Part shown: positions 1 through 8,647 of the stretch, one piece after another
Layout of the letters: every line of letters starts with the position of its first letter
Position numbering within the stretch: position 1 is the stretch's first letter
Virus record (IMG/VR): IMGVR_UViG_3300037313_001338
Coordinates: 1-54,287 of that record
Origin: a virus
Taxonomy: Duplodnaviria; Caudoviricetes
Strand: one strand, 5' to 3'
Length of the DNA: 54,287 nucleotides
Notes under the pieces: model-generated
Database searches by the model: none
Told to the model about the DNA's origin: nothing
Seen by the model: only the letters and a program-made list of their open reading frames with translations
Position numbers and translations under genes: made by a program

Positions 1-2
1 AG

Positions 3-134
3 CTAGACCCATACGAGGACGACAGTCCCGAAACGGCCGAATGGCGCCGCAAGGAGCGCGCGCGCGTCCTGGGCCTGCTGAGCGCGACGATCTCTGCCAC
101 CGCTCAATTGAGCGAAATCGTTCGCCCCCAATGA
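3..134 (+). CDS. Hypothetical protein, 5'-partial (LDPYEDDSPETAEWRRKERARV...RPQ)
   Basis: Open from the window edge; its TGA overlaps the ATG at 131 (ATGA coupling). Confidence 0.55.
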   Translation, partial: LDPYEDDSPETAEWRRKERARVLGLLSATISATAQLSEIVRPQ

Positions 135-307
135 CACCCGATAGCCCGGAGGGATGGCGGCCGATTGAGGCTGACGCTTGTTGGCCGCAGCCATTGCGCA
201 GGCGTAGACCTTCCGCGGCGGATATCGTGCGCTTCCTCGGTGCTCCCGGGCAGAGCTTCGTTGGTCACGCCATTGGGTTCCCCTCCCCGAGCCCCCGAGA
301 TGACTGA
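131..307 (+). CDS. Small phage accessory protein (MTPDSPEGWRPIE...)
   Basis: ATGA-coupled start; GWRPIE resembles the W-x-P-I-E start of phage Ead/DUF551-region proteins. Confidence 0.5.
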   Translation: MTPDSPEGWRPIEADACWPQPLRRRRPSAADIVRFLGAPGQSFVGHAIGFPSPSPRDD

Positions 308-560
308 AGCCGAGAACTTCAACCGCATCATGGCCGGGCTCGCCGAGATGGCGGATATCGCGGAGGGTCGCGCTGATTCCGTTACGATCCAGCCAATCCC
401 GCCCGGCGATCACCTCTTGCCCGTCATGTTGGAAGAGGCTGCGACCTTCGCAGCGACCCACGGTCAGGTCATAACCGTGACGCATGGCGATCAGCTGTTC
501 CGCGTCATGGAGCCGTGGGAAGACGGAACCGACGCCGCCCTCTCCTCCGACAAGGGCTGA
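300..560 (+). CDS. Hypothetical protein, 86 aa (MTEAENFNRIMAGLAEMADIAEG...)
   Basis: Overlaps the previous stop; protein-like composition; ends beside the terminator. Confidence 0.6.
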   Translation: MTEAENFNRIMAGLAEMADIAEGRADSVTIQPIPPGDHLLPVMLEEAATFAATHGQVITVTHGDQLFRVMEPWEDGTDAALSSDKG

Positions 561-564
561 AACG

Positions 565-597
565 AAAAAGACCCCCGACGCAGGCGCGCCGAGGGCC
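565..597 (-). terminator. Rho-independent terminator of the late/lysis operon
   Basis: Minus strand GGCCCTCGGCGC-gcct-GCGTCGGGGGTC hairpin followed by TTTTT, between convergent genes. Confidence 0.75.
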
Positions 598-638
598 AAG
601 TCTTCCGGTGGAGCCGAGGGAGGAGACGGCTTCCGGGA

Positions 639-1109
639 TCAGGATCCCCAGCCCGCTCGGCCCCCGACGCGAACGGCTTCGTAGATCGCCAGAGCCTGAC
701 CGGCAGTAACGCCCGCGGCGATCAGGGCCTCGTGAAGAAGGTGGTCGACATCCTTGCGGCTGAGCTGGCCGTACCAGCCCTGCGTGATGTAGCCCATGTC
801 GTGCAGCGCGAAGGCCTTCACGCCGGGGCCGGCCGGCGAGGCGAACCACCTCAGTGGGCGGGGGATGGATCCAAGGTCGGTGACGCCTGGCGCAATGGCC
901 CGGCGCTTCTCGATCAGGCGCAGCTGGGCGTCCGTCAGTCCGGCGGGATTGAACGCCGGGACCACGAGGAACACCCCCGATCCTATGGCCCCCTGCTCCC
1001 AGACCAGCGGCTCGGTATGATGCCAGAGGGCGGAGTCGTCCCGTCGCAGGGTGTGGCCGTCGCTGTACTCGAGGACGGCCAGCCCGAGGTGTGAGGTGAA
1101 GCGGCTCAT
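639..1109 (-). CDS. DUF1353 domain protein
   Basis: VP...TDLGSIPR...A..LHD..Y...SRKDVD..L.EAL motif pattern. Confidence 0.85.
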   Translation of the reverse strand: MSRFTSHLGLAVLEYSDGHTLRRDDSALWHHTEPLVWEQGAIGSGVFLVVPAFNPAGLTDAQLRLIEKRRAIAPGVTDLGSIPRPLRWFASPAGPGVKAFALHDMGYITQGWYGQLSRKDVDHLLHEALIAAGVTAGQALAIYEAVRVGGRAGWGS

Positions 1110-1237
1110 GGCGAGGCCCTCCAGTCCGGGTCGACCCAGCGCACGCCCTCGGCGCTGCGCGTCATGCCCGCGATCAGCGTGAGCATGGCGACAGCGCCGA
1201 GGATCGCGCCGATCAGGAGAAGACGGACCGGCTTCAC
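1106..1237 (-). CDS. Small membrane protein, 43 aa (MKPVRLLLIGAILGAVAMLTLIAG...)
   Basis: Translated by hand; GTGA and ATGA overlaps with both neighbours; one TM helix. Confidence 0.6.
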   Translation of the reverse strand: MKPVRLLLIGAILGAVAMLTLIAGMTRSAEGVRWVDPDWRASP

Positions 1238-1479
1238 GGCGCCGGCTTGGTCTCCGCCGGCGGACAGGTCCGCTCCAGGAACACCGACAGGTTGTTGCCG
1301 GTCAGGCCGCCCAGATTGCCCTGCAGTCGGTCGGTGTGGCCGCAGCGGGGGTCCGTGGCGATCTTGTCGAGGGTGGCGTTGAACTGGTTCAGCGCCGTGC
1401 TTGAGCCACCGACTGCCGCGCAGCCGGAGAGGCTCACGACGGCCGCCAAAGCAGCCGCCGCGATGAGGAGCGCGCGCAT
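1234..1479 (-). CDS. Lipoprotein, candidate o-spanin
   Basis: Hydrophobic signal ending in lipobox LSGC; lysis cassette context. Confidence 0.7.
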   Translation of the reverse strand: MRALLIAAAALAAVVSLSGCAAVGGSSTALNQFNATLDKIATDPRCGHTDRLQGNLGGLTGNNLSVFLERTCPPAETKPAP

Positions 1480-1685
1480 CAGCGGTCCAGCGCCGCTTTC
1501 AGCTTCTTGCCAGCGTCGTGCTTCTGCAGCACGGACCAGCCGTAGGCGGCGGCCGACAGGCCCAGGCCGACGAACTCCGCCGATTGGGCGTCGGTGATCA
1601 CGCCCTTGGCGACCAGGAAGCCGCCGGCCAGGGTGAGGCCGTGACGGACGAGCGACGCGACGATGGCGCCGAAGGTGGTGTCCAT
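1479..1685 (-). CDS. Putative holin, two TM helices (MDTTFGAIVASLVRHGLT...)
   Basis: RBS AAAGGA before ATG 1685; RH.LT..GG.LV..G pattern and basic C-terminus; an in-frame upstream start near 1820 would add another TM. Confidence 0.7.
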   Translation of the reverse strand: MDTTFGAIVASLVRHGLTLAGGFLVAKGVITDAQSAEFVGLGLSAAAYGWSVLQKHDAGKKLKAALDR

Positions 1686-1803
1686 GAACAATAGTCCTTT
1701 CAGCTTGCTGGCGAGTTGGAGAAGCAGCAGGAGCGCGACGAGGACCGCCGCCAGGGCCAGCGCCAGCGCCAGGTCCCGAAGCTCCGCCGGTGAGATGTGT
1801 GGT

Positions 1804-1926
1804 TCAGGCGCGGGGGTCATGGCCCCGCCAGACGAGCCAGCAGACGATGACCGTCGTGACGACATCCAGGGCCGTCGCAGGGGCCGAGCACGCGAGCAGG
1901 AGGCACAGCGCGGCGACCCAGCGCAT
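1804..1926 (-). CDS. Small hydrophobic protein (MRWVAALCLLLACSAPATALDVVTTVIVCWLVW...)
   Basis: Translated by hand; start overlaps the phosphoesterase stop. Confidence 0.4.
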   Translation of the reverse strand: MRWVAALCLLLACSAPATALDVVTTVIVCWLVWRGHDPRA

Positions 1927-3047
1927 CACGGGGACCTGCGGCGCAGGAAGGTGAGATAGTCGGCCGCGTCCTCAAGGTTGAAGAACGGCTTGATGAACCG
2001 GACGGGGTCTCCAGCAAAGGCGGGATCGATCACGGCCGCCATGGAGCGGGCCCAGTTTCCGTCCTGGAAACCCTTTTCCTTGGCGTAGTGGTCGAAGTCC
2101 TTGTACGTCCCGACGCGGAATCCGTGGCAGAGCCGCCGCGGGTCATTGTGGAAGATCGGGATGTAGCCGGCGGTGTGGCGGTGGCCGCAGGCCAGGATGT
2201 GGTCCCGGTGTCCGAAGAGCGTCTCCCGCACGAGGGCGTGGGCCGGGTTGAACTGGCTCCCGCCCGGGAAGTCGTGGCGCACGTGCATGCGCAGGCTCGC
2301 GCCGGACGGCAGATGGACCTCCAGGCGCGCCCCGCTCTCTTCAAGCACCCCTAGGGCGCGGAAGATGCGGTGAATGTAGTCTGAGATGTCGCCCTTCTCG
2401 GTGTTCCACTGATCGTGGTTGCCCTTGATCCGGACCAGCCAGTCCAGCGACCCCATGAGCCATTCGATCAGGGTGAGGGACTGGCGGGAGGTGACCTCCT
2501 GCTGGGCGTACAGCTTGGCCAGGCGCCCAACCCAGTTGTTGCTGTCATCGCCCACGTCGCAGGCCAGCATGCCGGGCGTGTCGCGGCAGATGCGCACGTC
2601 CCGCTCCAGATCCCCCCAGGCGCAGCCGCCATCGTCCACGTGAGGGTCGCCGAAGAACGCGATGGCGACCGGGCCGTCGACATGGACCCGGACCTGGCGC
2701 AGCTTGGCGGCGTCGTGGTGCGCCTGCCGCTGCCGATGCCGCGCTGAGAGATGGGCGATCAGTTCCTCGGCCGTCGGCTCGCCGTCGTGGGGCAGATCAT
2801 CGACGGTGAACGCAGGCGCCCGCTTGGGCCGGAACCTGGACAGGTCCACCTTGAGGTCATAGAGGCGTTCGGCCTGCTGCAGGCGATTGGTGACGGCTGG
2901 GCGGCTGATCCCAAGCCGGCGAGCCGTCTCGCCGATAGCCGTCGCCACGCCGCCGCGACGGTCGGTGCCAAATCCTTCCTCGAGGCACTCATGCATGACC
3001 TCGATGGTCTCGGCCGCCTGCCTCTGGGTGATCGATGGGGGCGGCAT
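1926..3047 (-). CDS. Calcineurin-like metallophosphoesterase with N-terminal HTH
   Basis: Motifs GDPH, VGDDSNN, GNHD, RH, GHRH; N-terminal ETARRLGISRPAVTNRL HTH; start trimmed to MPPPS. Confidence 0.85.
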   Translation of the reverse strand: MPPPSITQRQAAETIEVMHECLEEGFGTDRRGGVATAIGETARRLGISRPAVTNRLQQAERLYDLKVDLSRFRPKRAPAFTVDDLPHDGEPTAEELIAHLSARHRQRQAHHDAAKLRQVRVHVDGPVAIAFFGDPHVDDGGCAWGDLERDVRICRDTPGMLACDVGDDSNNWVGRLAKLYAQQEVTSRQSLTLIEWLMGSLDWLVRIKGNHDQWNTEKGDISDYIHRIFRALGVLEESGARLEVHLPSGASLRMHVRHDFPGGSQFNPAHALVRETLFGHRDHILACGHRHTAGYIPIFHNDPRRLCHGFRVGTYKDFDHYAKEKGFQDGNWARSMAAVIDPAFAGDPVRFIKPFFNLEDAADYLTFLRRRSP

Positions 3048-3048
3048 G

Positions 3049-3537
3049 TCACGCCCTCCGTCCGGTTCGCATCTGCTCGGCGAGCCGCTTGGCCCGGCCG
3101 CGCACCTGCGTGGCCCAGCGGCTGTCCAGCATCTCGCGGGCCGCCGCCTCGTAGTCGTAGGCCCGCATCGCCGCGAGCGCCTTGGTGAAGCCTGACAGCC
3201 GCGCCCAGCCCATGTTGAAGTGCATGTTCGCGAGCACGTCTTGGCGTGCGTCACAGAGGGAGCGCCACCAATGGGCCTTGGCGTCGAGCTCGGCGATGCT
3301 CTCGGCGATCTTCGCGTCGCGACGGCGCTCGGCCTCCGCCAGCGTCCAGACCGTGCCCTCGTGGACGTCGGGCCCCGTGCAGCCGTACCCACACGTCCAG
3401 GGCTCGCCAGACAGGCCGTGGAGGCGCGTCATCCCGAGCTGGATGGCCTTGCCCAGCGCGCTCTCCGGATCGGGATAGGCCTTCAGCCGCAGCCCCTCGT
3501 CGCGGCTGATGTCGGCCACCAGGTGGGGCGTGGTCAT
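3049..3537 (-). CDS. Endolysin, T4-lysozyme-like (GH24)
   Basis: DEGLRLKAYPD, TCGYG, NMHFNMG, EMLDSRWATQV..RAKRL. Confidence 0.93.
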   Translation of the reverse strand: MTTPHLVADISRDEGLRLKAYPDPESALGKAIQLGMTRLHGLSGEPWTCGYGCTGPDVHEGTVWTLAEAERRRDAKIAESIAELDAKAHWWRSLCDARQDVLANMHFNMGWARLSGFTKALAAMRAYDYEAAAREMLDSRWATQVRGRAKRLAEQMRTGRRA

Positions 3538-3803
3538 GGGCGGCGCCGGACGTCGGGCGTCATCGTGTCGGCGATGCGGTTCACGGTTGCCGAAAGAGCC
3601 GCCGTCCGCTCGTCCACCCGCGCGACGGTTTCGGCCAGCTTGTCGTTGCCGGCGACCTTCTGTTCGAGGTTCGCCACGCGCTGGTCCAGCTTCGCCCCCC
3701 AGATGAACAGGATGGCGCTCTGCACCAGGATTGATCCCACCATGGCCAGCACGGTGAGAAACAGCCCGTAGCGCTCCCGCGCCGGGCCGCCGGTGTCGGT
3801 CAT
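3534..3803 (-). CDS. Single-TM plus coiled-coil lysis-cassette protein (holin-like)
   Basis: TM helix then coiled coil; ATGA-coupled to the endolysin. Confidence 0.6.
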   Translation of the reverse strand: MTDTGGPARERYGLFLTVLAMVGSILVQSAILFIWGAKLDQRVANLEQKVAGNDKLAETVARVDERTAALSATVNRIADTMTPDVRRRP

Positions 3804-3953
3804 AGGGGTACTCCGATGATGCAGGTGGACTTGGGACGCCTCTGGCGGGCGCTCTTTCAGGTCGATTTCTGTGGGCGAACTCGCCAATGGCGCGAGCGCA
3901 GTTGACACTCGCGCAACTGCAGCGCTCCGATATCGCCCTGGTAAAAGGGGCTG

Positions 3954-4724
3954 ATGATGGGTGCTGTTCAATGGGCGGCTTCGGCCGCCGCCTTACTGCT
4001 ATTGGCCGGACCGGCGAGCGCCGCCACGACCTTCCTTGCGGCCAACCTTGATGTTGAGCCCAGCGTCGAACTGCGCGCGCCGGTCGTCGACGCTCAGGAC
4101 TTCGCGTCCGACTCCGACATGGACTTCGCGGACCAGAACGGGACGCTCGCCGATCTCTCGGTGGCGACCCGGCATCTGACCGCGCAGCTGCAGTCAGGCG
4201 AGAACCTACTGGCTGAGATCGCCTCCGACGAGGCGATGGGGCTGACCTTCACTGACGCCGCCAATGGCCAGTTCACGGTCGACGCGCTCTCCGTCGGCAC
4301 GAACTACATCGCCGATGTCCTGAACCACGGTCCGCACTACTACTATGGGGTCTATGGGTTCAGCGTCGACCGGGCCTCGCAGTTGGACCTGAGTTTCACC
4401 GACGGCTTCGGCGCAATCCGGGTCTATTCCCAATCTATCGGCCACGATCTCTTCACCTCGGCTATCCCCGCCAGCGGCGGGGCGAGCGTGGCGCTGACAG
4501 CCGGGGAATACGCCCTCATCCTCCAGGGCCCAAACATGGACACGCTCCGCTTCAGCGGCGTGGGGACCGAGCGCTTTGAGCGCCACACCGTCGTCGGGTT
4601 CCAGATCTCGGACGCATCCGTCCCCGAGCCGTCCGTTTGGGCCGTGATGATCTCGGGGTTCGGCCTAGCTGGGTCGATTTTGCGGCGACGCAAGGCCTTC
4701 GCTACGGCCGCACGCCGTATTTGA
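3954..4724 (+). CDS. PEPxxWA-CTERM exosortase-target surface protein (moron)
   Basis: Signal peptide ending ASA; C-terminal VPEPSVWAVMISGFGLAGSILRRRK; opposite strand to late genes. Confidence 0.92.
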   Translation: MMGAVQWAASAAALLLLAGPASAATTFLAANLDVEPSVELRAPVVDAQDFASDSDMDFADQNGTLADLSVATRHLTAQLQSGENLLAEIASDEAMGLTFTDAANGQFTVDALSVGTNYIADVLNHGPHYYYGVYGFSVDRASQLDLSFTDGFGAIRVYSQSIGHDLFTSAIPASGGASVALTAGEYALILQGPNMDTLRFSGVGTERFERHTVVGFQISDASVPEPSVWAVMISGFGLAGSILRRRKAFATAARRI

Positions 4725-7143
4725 GCAGGGCGCCGCGGCTCGGCACGCCAGGCAAAGCAACAAGGGGCTGGTCGGCCGGGTCCGTAAGGCCCCGGTCGTC
4801 GCTCGTCGAGATCGTGCCGGCCCCTGGAGCGCTGGGCGTGAAGCTCGTCGATCCGGCCACTTGGCCCACGCCGATGACGACGCTGGAACTGGCGAAGCTG
4901 CCCGTGAGGCCCGCGCTCTTGGCGAGCGAGATCGTCACCGCCTGAGTGGCTGGCCGGTTCAGCAGCAGGGACACCGTCACCCGCTGGCCCACGGCCGCAA
5001 CCAGCCTGTCCAGCGTCATGGTGTAGATCGTCGGCGCAGCCGCAGCGGTGACGGTGATCGCCAAGGGCGCCGGGTTGGTCAGGCTCCGGTCGTTCGTGGC
5101 GGTGATAGTCAACGTCCCTGCGGCCGACGGCGTGAAGGTCGCCGTGGCGCTGGTCTGGCCGATCGGGATGACGGCGGTGTTGGAGACGAACGAACCCGCG
5201 ACGCCGGAAGCGCCAGCGGTCACGGTCACCGCTGCCGTGGCCGGCTGGTCCAGGGTGAAGGTGATGATGATCGCTTCGCCCACCTCTGCCGTCCCCGTGG
5301 CGGTCGCGGTGATAGTGGTGGGCGGAACGGCCGAATAGACCGAGCCGTCGTTGTAGGCGCCATTCGGGAAGAAAGCCCCCTTGTAAGTGCCGTCGCCGTT
5401 CTTCATCGACCCATCGAGCACCGGGGAGAGCGAGGCGGAGATGAGCGCCAGCACTTCGTCATCGGAGCCATACCAGCGCGCATCATCGACGCCAGCGTAG
5501 TTCTGCACGTCGGTATTGGCCACCACCAGCGACTGGATCGTCGGACTGCAGATCCAGGTGGCGTTGGGGAAGACGCTGCTAACGTCGGGGTTCTGGGCGA
5601 ACTGCACGATGTTGTTGCTGACGTCGACCCCATTCGGGTTCACGCCCACCACGTCGTGGATCCACAGGTTCTTGAGGTGGGTGTTGGCGGGGGTGTGGCC
5701 AGCGTCCAGGCGCACCTGCGGGAAATAACCGGGCGGGCTCTGCTTGGTCTGGGCATTGTCGACGCCATAGCGGCCGGAAGCTTGGCGCATCAAGGTCGCC
5801 TGGCCGATGTTGATCTGGTGGGTGGCGTCCGAGCCGTTCAGGGTCATCGAGTGGATCGACCGGCCGATCGACACGAAGGTGTCGATGGTCATATCCAACA
5901 ACGTATAGTCGCTGGGCGTGGCGGCCGCCGATCGCGTGAACACCGTCTGCGAAGAGTGGTCGCCGTCGGCAATGGCGTAGACCACCACCTTGGCATAGAA
6001 TCCGGTCACGTCATCGCTGTTGGTGACCTGGAAGAAGTCGGCGTGCACCCCGTAGAGCGTGGGGTCGGTCATCGGCGAGAGCGCCACGACCTCCGATTCG
6101 AAGCGATGATAGCTCCCCGCCGCCGAACTGTTCAGCTTCACCGCGTTCTGGGTGTAGTAGCGGATCAGCACCCGCTTGGTGAATTTGGCCTTGAAGGTGC
6201 TGGTTGCCGCCGTGCTCTGCGAAATGCCCTGGCTCACCCAGTAAGCTGTGAAACCGTGGATCTCGACGTCCAGCGACAGGCCGGCGCCCACGCTGAAATA
6301 GAGCCCGTTGATGCCCTTGGTGGGGTCACCCAGACCATCCACGCCGCAGGGCCCGTAGGTGTCTAGGAGGCGGCAGCCGGAGAAGTCCGGCGCGGTCGTC
6401 GCCGAGCTCAGAACCTTCAGTTCCCAAGCCTTCTGAGCCGCCATCTGGGTCTGGGTGAGCGTGCCGGACTGATAGCGCTGGGCGTTGTTCACCCGCAAGC
6501 TCACCCAATCGATGTTGCGGCAACGGTCGGCGCTGATGCGCGAGATGGTGCAGGGGTGATTGGGGTCTTCATGCTGCACCGTGCAGCGGCTCGTCCCCGA
6601 GCAGCGCCACTTGCCGAAGATGAGACCCGATCCCGTGGTGCTGTCCAGAACGCCGAAATCGGTCGCGCCGCGGGCCAACTCCACGATCATGTTGTTGATC
6701 TTGGTGGCGTTGGTGTCCCCGCCCGAGCCGGCCACGGCCGACATCTCTCCGCGCGTGGCGACCGTGTAGCCGTCCGCGCTTGGGACCACGATGGTCAGCG
6801 TCACCGTGTTGGAGGGCGAAGAGCCCTGGGCGGTCACGTTCCACGTGTAGGTTCCAGGCGTCACGCCATTCACGACGGGCGCTGGGCAGGTTCCGTCGGT
6901 GGGCGCGGTGAACTGGCCGGCCGGACCGCTGGTCTGGGTGAGCGACCAACTGGTGATGCCGGACGCGTCGCCCACCACCATCATGGGCGCGAGCTGCACC
7001 GCAGCGGCGCCCGCCTTGGTGCTCTTGCGCCGCTGGAGGCTGAGGGCTTGGAGGACCGGACCCACCGCGAGCGCGCGGTTGGCCCACATGAGCGACGCGC
7101 CGGTCAGGGCGAAGCCGAGGAGCAGGGAGCGCCGGTTCATCAC
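4702..7143 (-). CDS. Tailspike/adhesin-like protein: probable beta-helix plus two Ig-like repeats, with a twin-arginine-type signal
   Basis: MNRRSLLLGFAL...ALA N-terminus; HADFFQ beta-helix-type motif; two ~90 aa repeats ending FTPSA.G..TI....DR.LT.PA. Confidence 0.65.
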   Translation of the reverse strand: MMNRRSLLLGFALTGASLMWANRALAVGPVLQALSLQRRKSTKAGAAAVQLAPMMVVGDASGITSWSLTQTSGPAGQFTAPTDGTCPAPVVNGVTPGTYTWNVTAQGSSPSNTVTLTIVVPSADGYTVATRGEMSAVAGSGGDTNATKINNMIVELARGATDFGVLDSTTGSGLIFGKWRCSGTSRCTVQHEDPNHPCTISRISADRCRNIDWVSLRVNNAQRYQSGTLTQTQMAAQKAWELKVLSSATTAPDFSGCRLLDTYGPCGVDGLGDPTKGINGLYFSVGAGLSLDVEIHGFTAYWVSQGISQSTAATSTFKAKFTKRVLIRYYTQNAVKLNSSAAGSYHRFESEVVALSPMTDPTLYGVHADFFQVTNSDDVTGFYAKVVVYAIADGDHSSQTVFTRSAAATPSDYTLLDMTIDTFVSIGRSIHSMTLNGSDATHQINIGQATLMRQASGRYGVDNAQTKQSPPGYFPQVRLDAGHTPANTHLKNLWIHDVVGVNPNGVDVSNNIVQFAQNPDVSSVFPNATWICSPTIQSLVVANTDVQNYAGVDDARWYGSDDEVLALISASLSPVLDGSMKNGDGTYKGAFFPNGAYNDGSVYSAVPPTTITATATGTAEVGEAIIITFTLDQPATAAVTVTAGASGVAGSFVSNTAVIPIGQTSATATFTPSAAGTLTITATNDRSLTNPAPLAITVTAAAAPTIYTMTLDRLVAAVGQRVTVSLLLNRPATQAVTISLAKSAGLTGSFASSSVVIGVGQVAGSTSFTPSAPGAGTISTSDDRGLTDPADQPLVALPGVPSRGALLKYGVRP

Positions 7144-8033
7144 TTGAACCCGAAGACCTGGATGCGGACGTTATCGGCCGTGGTCGCGCCGTACGCCTTC
7201 ACCGCGATGCGGTTGCCGGCGGCGACCTGATGCTGGATCAGCCCGGAATCGGCGCGCGGCAGGTTCGGCGAGCTGGCGTTGCTGAGCACGCGGTAGCGGT
7301 AGATTTCCGTCTCCGAGCCGGCGGCGCCCACACCCAGGCCGATAGACTTCGGCTCGGCTACAGGCGCGGTGCCGTTCTCGCTCGCGACCACCATGAAAGC
7401 TTTGTAGGTATCAGCCGTGGAGGCGCTGACTTGGGTCCACGAGGCCGCCCCGTTGGTGGCCACATCGGTGGAGGTGGCCTTTGTGTCCGACGACACGGTC
7501 GTCAGCGAGACCATGCTGGTGTACGGCGCGGTTTCCCCGGCTTGGCACTGCTCGCCGATCACGCCGATTGTCAGGGTGGCGCCGGAGGTTGCGGCACGAA
7601 GTGCGATGCTCACCGTCTGGCCGGCGGTGACACCCAGCGGGATGCGCACTTTCGAGCCATGCGAGGTGGTGGCGGCTTGGACATAGAGACCGTCCACGAG
7701 CTTGGTCGTGCCGCCGTCGGCGCTCACCTGCACCAGGAAGCGGGAACTGGAGTTCCCCATCTTCCCGAAGTCGAGCGTGAAGGCGCACCAGTTGGCCGCC
7801 ACCGCGCTGCCGATCGACGTAAACGAGCTATAGGCGTTCGTTGCGCCGGAGGAGAATTGTGTCGTGGAGCCGTCGGAGGCATAGCCCTCCAGTTCATAGG
7901 TGATGTTCGGCGGGCCCGACGAGGCCGCCGCCGTCGACGTGGGAACGGTGATCCGCTGGGCGGCGGCCTCAAGCGGTAGGGCCAGGGCCGCGAGCGCGAA
8001 CGCCGCTGCCCGCAAGGTGCGCAGTAGCCGCAT
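7140..8033 (-). CDS. Beta-rich tail-region protein with Sec-type signal peptide
   Basis: MRLLRTLRAAAFALAALALPLEAAAQ; S/T/A/G-rich; coupled to both neighbours. Confidence 0.7.
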   Translation of the reverse strand: MRLLRTLRAAAFALAALALPLEAAAQRITVPTSTAAASSGPPNITYELEGYASDGSTTQFSSGATNAYSSFTSIGSAVAANWCAFTLDFGKMGNSSSRFLVQVSADGGTTKLVDGLYVQAATTSHGSKVRIPLGVTAGQTVSIALRAATSGATLTIGVIGEQCQAGETAPYTSMVSLTTVSSDTKATSTDVATNGAASWTQVSASTADTYKAFMVVASENGTAPVAEPKSIGLGVGAAGSETEIYRYRVLSNASSPNLPRADSGLIQHQVAAGNRIAVKAYGATTADNVRIQVFGFK

Positions 8034-8608
8034 CACTTCACGCGACCCGAGAAGACAGTGTTCGTGGAATAGGCGGTCTTGCTGAGCGGTCCGGTGGAAC
8101 TCGCGCAGACCACGATGCCGGTGGAGAACGCCGCCGGCATAACCCCGAAGTCCATGGACCACGTTCCCGCCGCGGCGGCGTAGGCCCAGACCTTGGGCGT
8201 GACCGCGCCATCGGAGGGCGCCGACGCGGCATCGAACACCATGATGAAGCCGGCCGCGCCGATGTAGCCGCTCAGAGAATAGGCCGTCCCGGCAGATGCC
8301 TTGAAAACATGGCAGGCCTCGGCCGAACTCGACGCCGCCGGCGCGACGCCGAGGGTGGTGTCCGCAGTGGGCTGGATCGGCGGGATGTAGGTGGGCTGCA
8401 GCTGGACCGCGTCGCGGATGTCGTCGAGCGCGGTCTGGGCCGTAGCGCCCAGGTCCGCCGTCGCCGGAAGCGGCTTGGCCGGCGTGACGGGGACGACCGT
8501 CACCTTGTTGTTGATGGTGTCCTGGTAGCCAATGGCCTGTTGAGCCAGGGCCGGCGCGGCCGCAAGTACGGCGCACGCGACCGCAGCCGCAGAAAGCAGC
8601 TTGTTCAT
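8033..8608 (-). CDS. Tail-region protein with Sec-type signal peptide
   Basis: MNKLLSAAAVACAVLAAAPALAQQ; RBS AAGAGG. Confidence 0.75.
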   Translation of the reverse strand: MNKLLSAAAVACAVLAAAPALAQQAIGYQDTINNKVTVVPVTPAKPLPATADLGATAQTALDDIRDAVQLQPTYIPPIQPTADTTLGVAPAASSSAEACHVFKASAGTAYSLSGYIGAAGFIMVFDAASAPSDGAVTPKVWAYAAAAGTWSMDFGVMPAAFSTGIVVCASSTGPLSKTAYSTNTVFSGRVK

Positions 8609-8647
8609 GTCGGAACCTCTTGGGTGTTGGCGGCCTGGCGGCCGGTC

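Noticed and set aside
3048-3392. N-terminal extensions in the ORF track (phosphoesterase, 7140-8576, terL, 30423-31202)
   Set aside because: They overlap real upstream genes; coupled downstream starts fit better
3885-3935. Sigma54 or sigma70 promoter for the PEP-CTERM gene
   Set aside because: TGGCGC lacks a correctly spaced TTGC, and TTGACA lacks a correctly spaced -10
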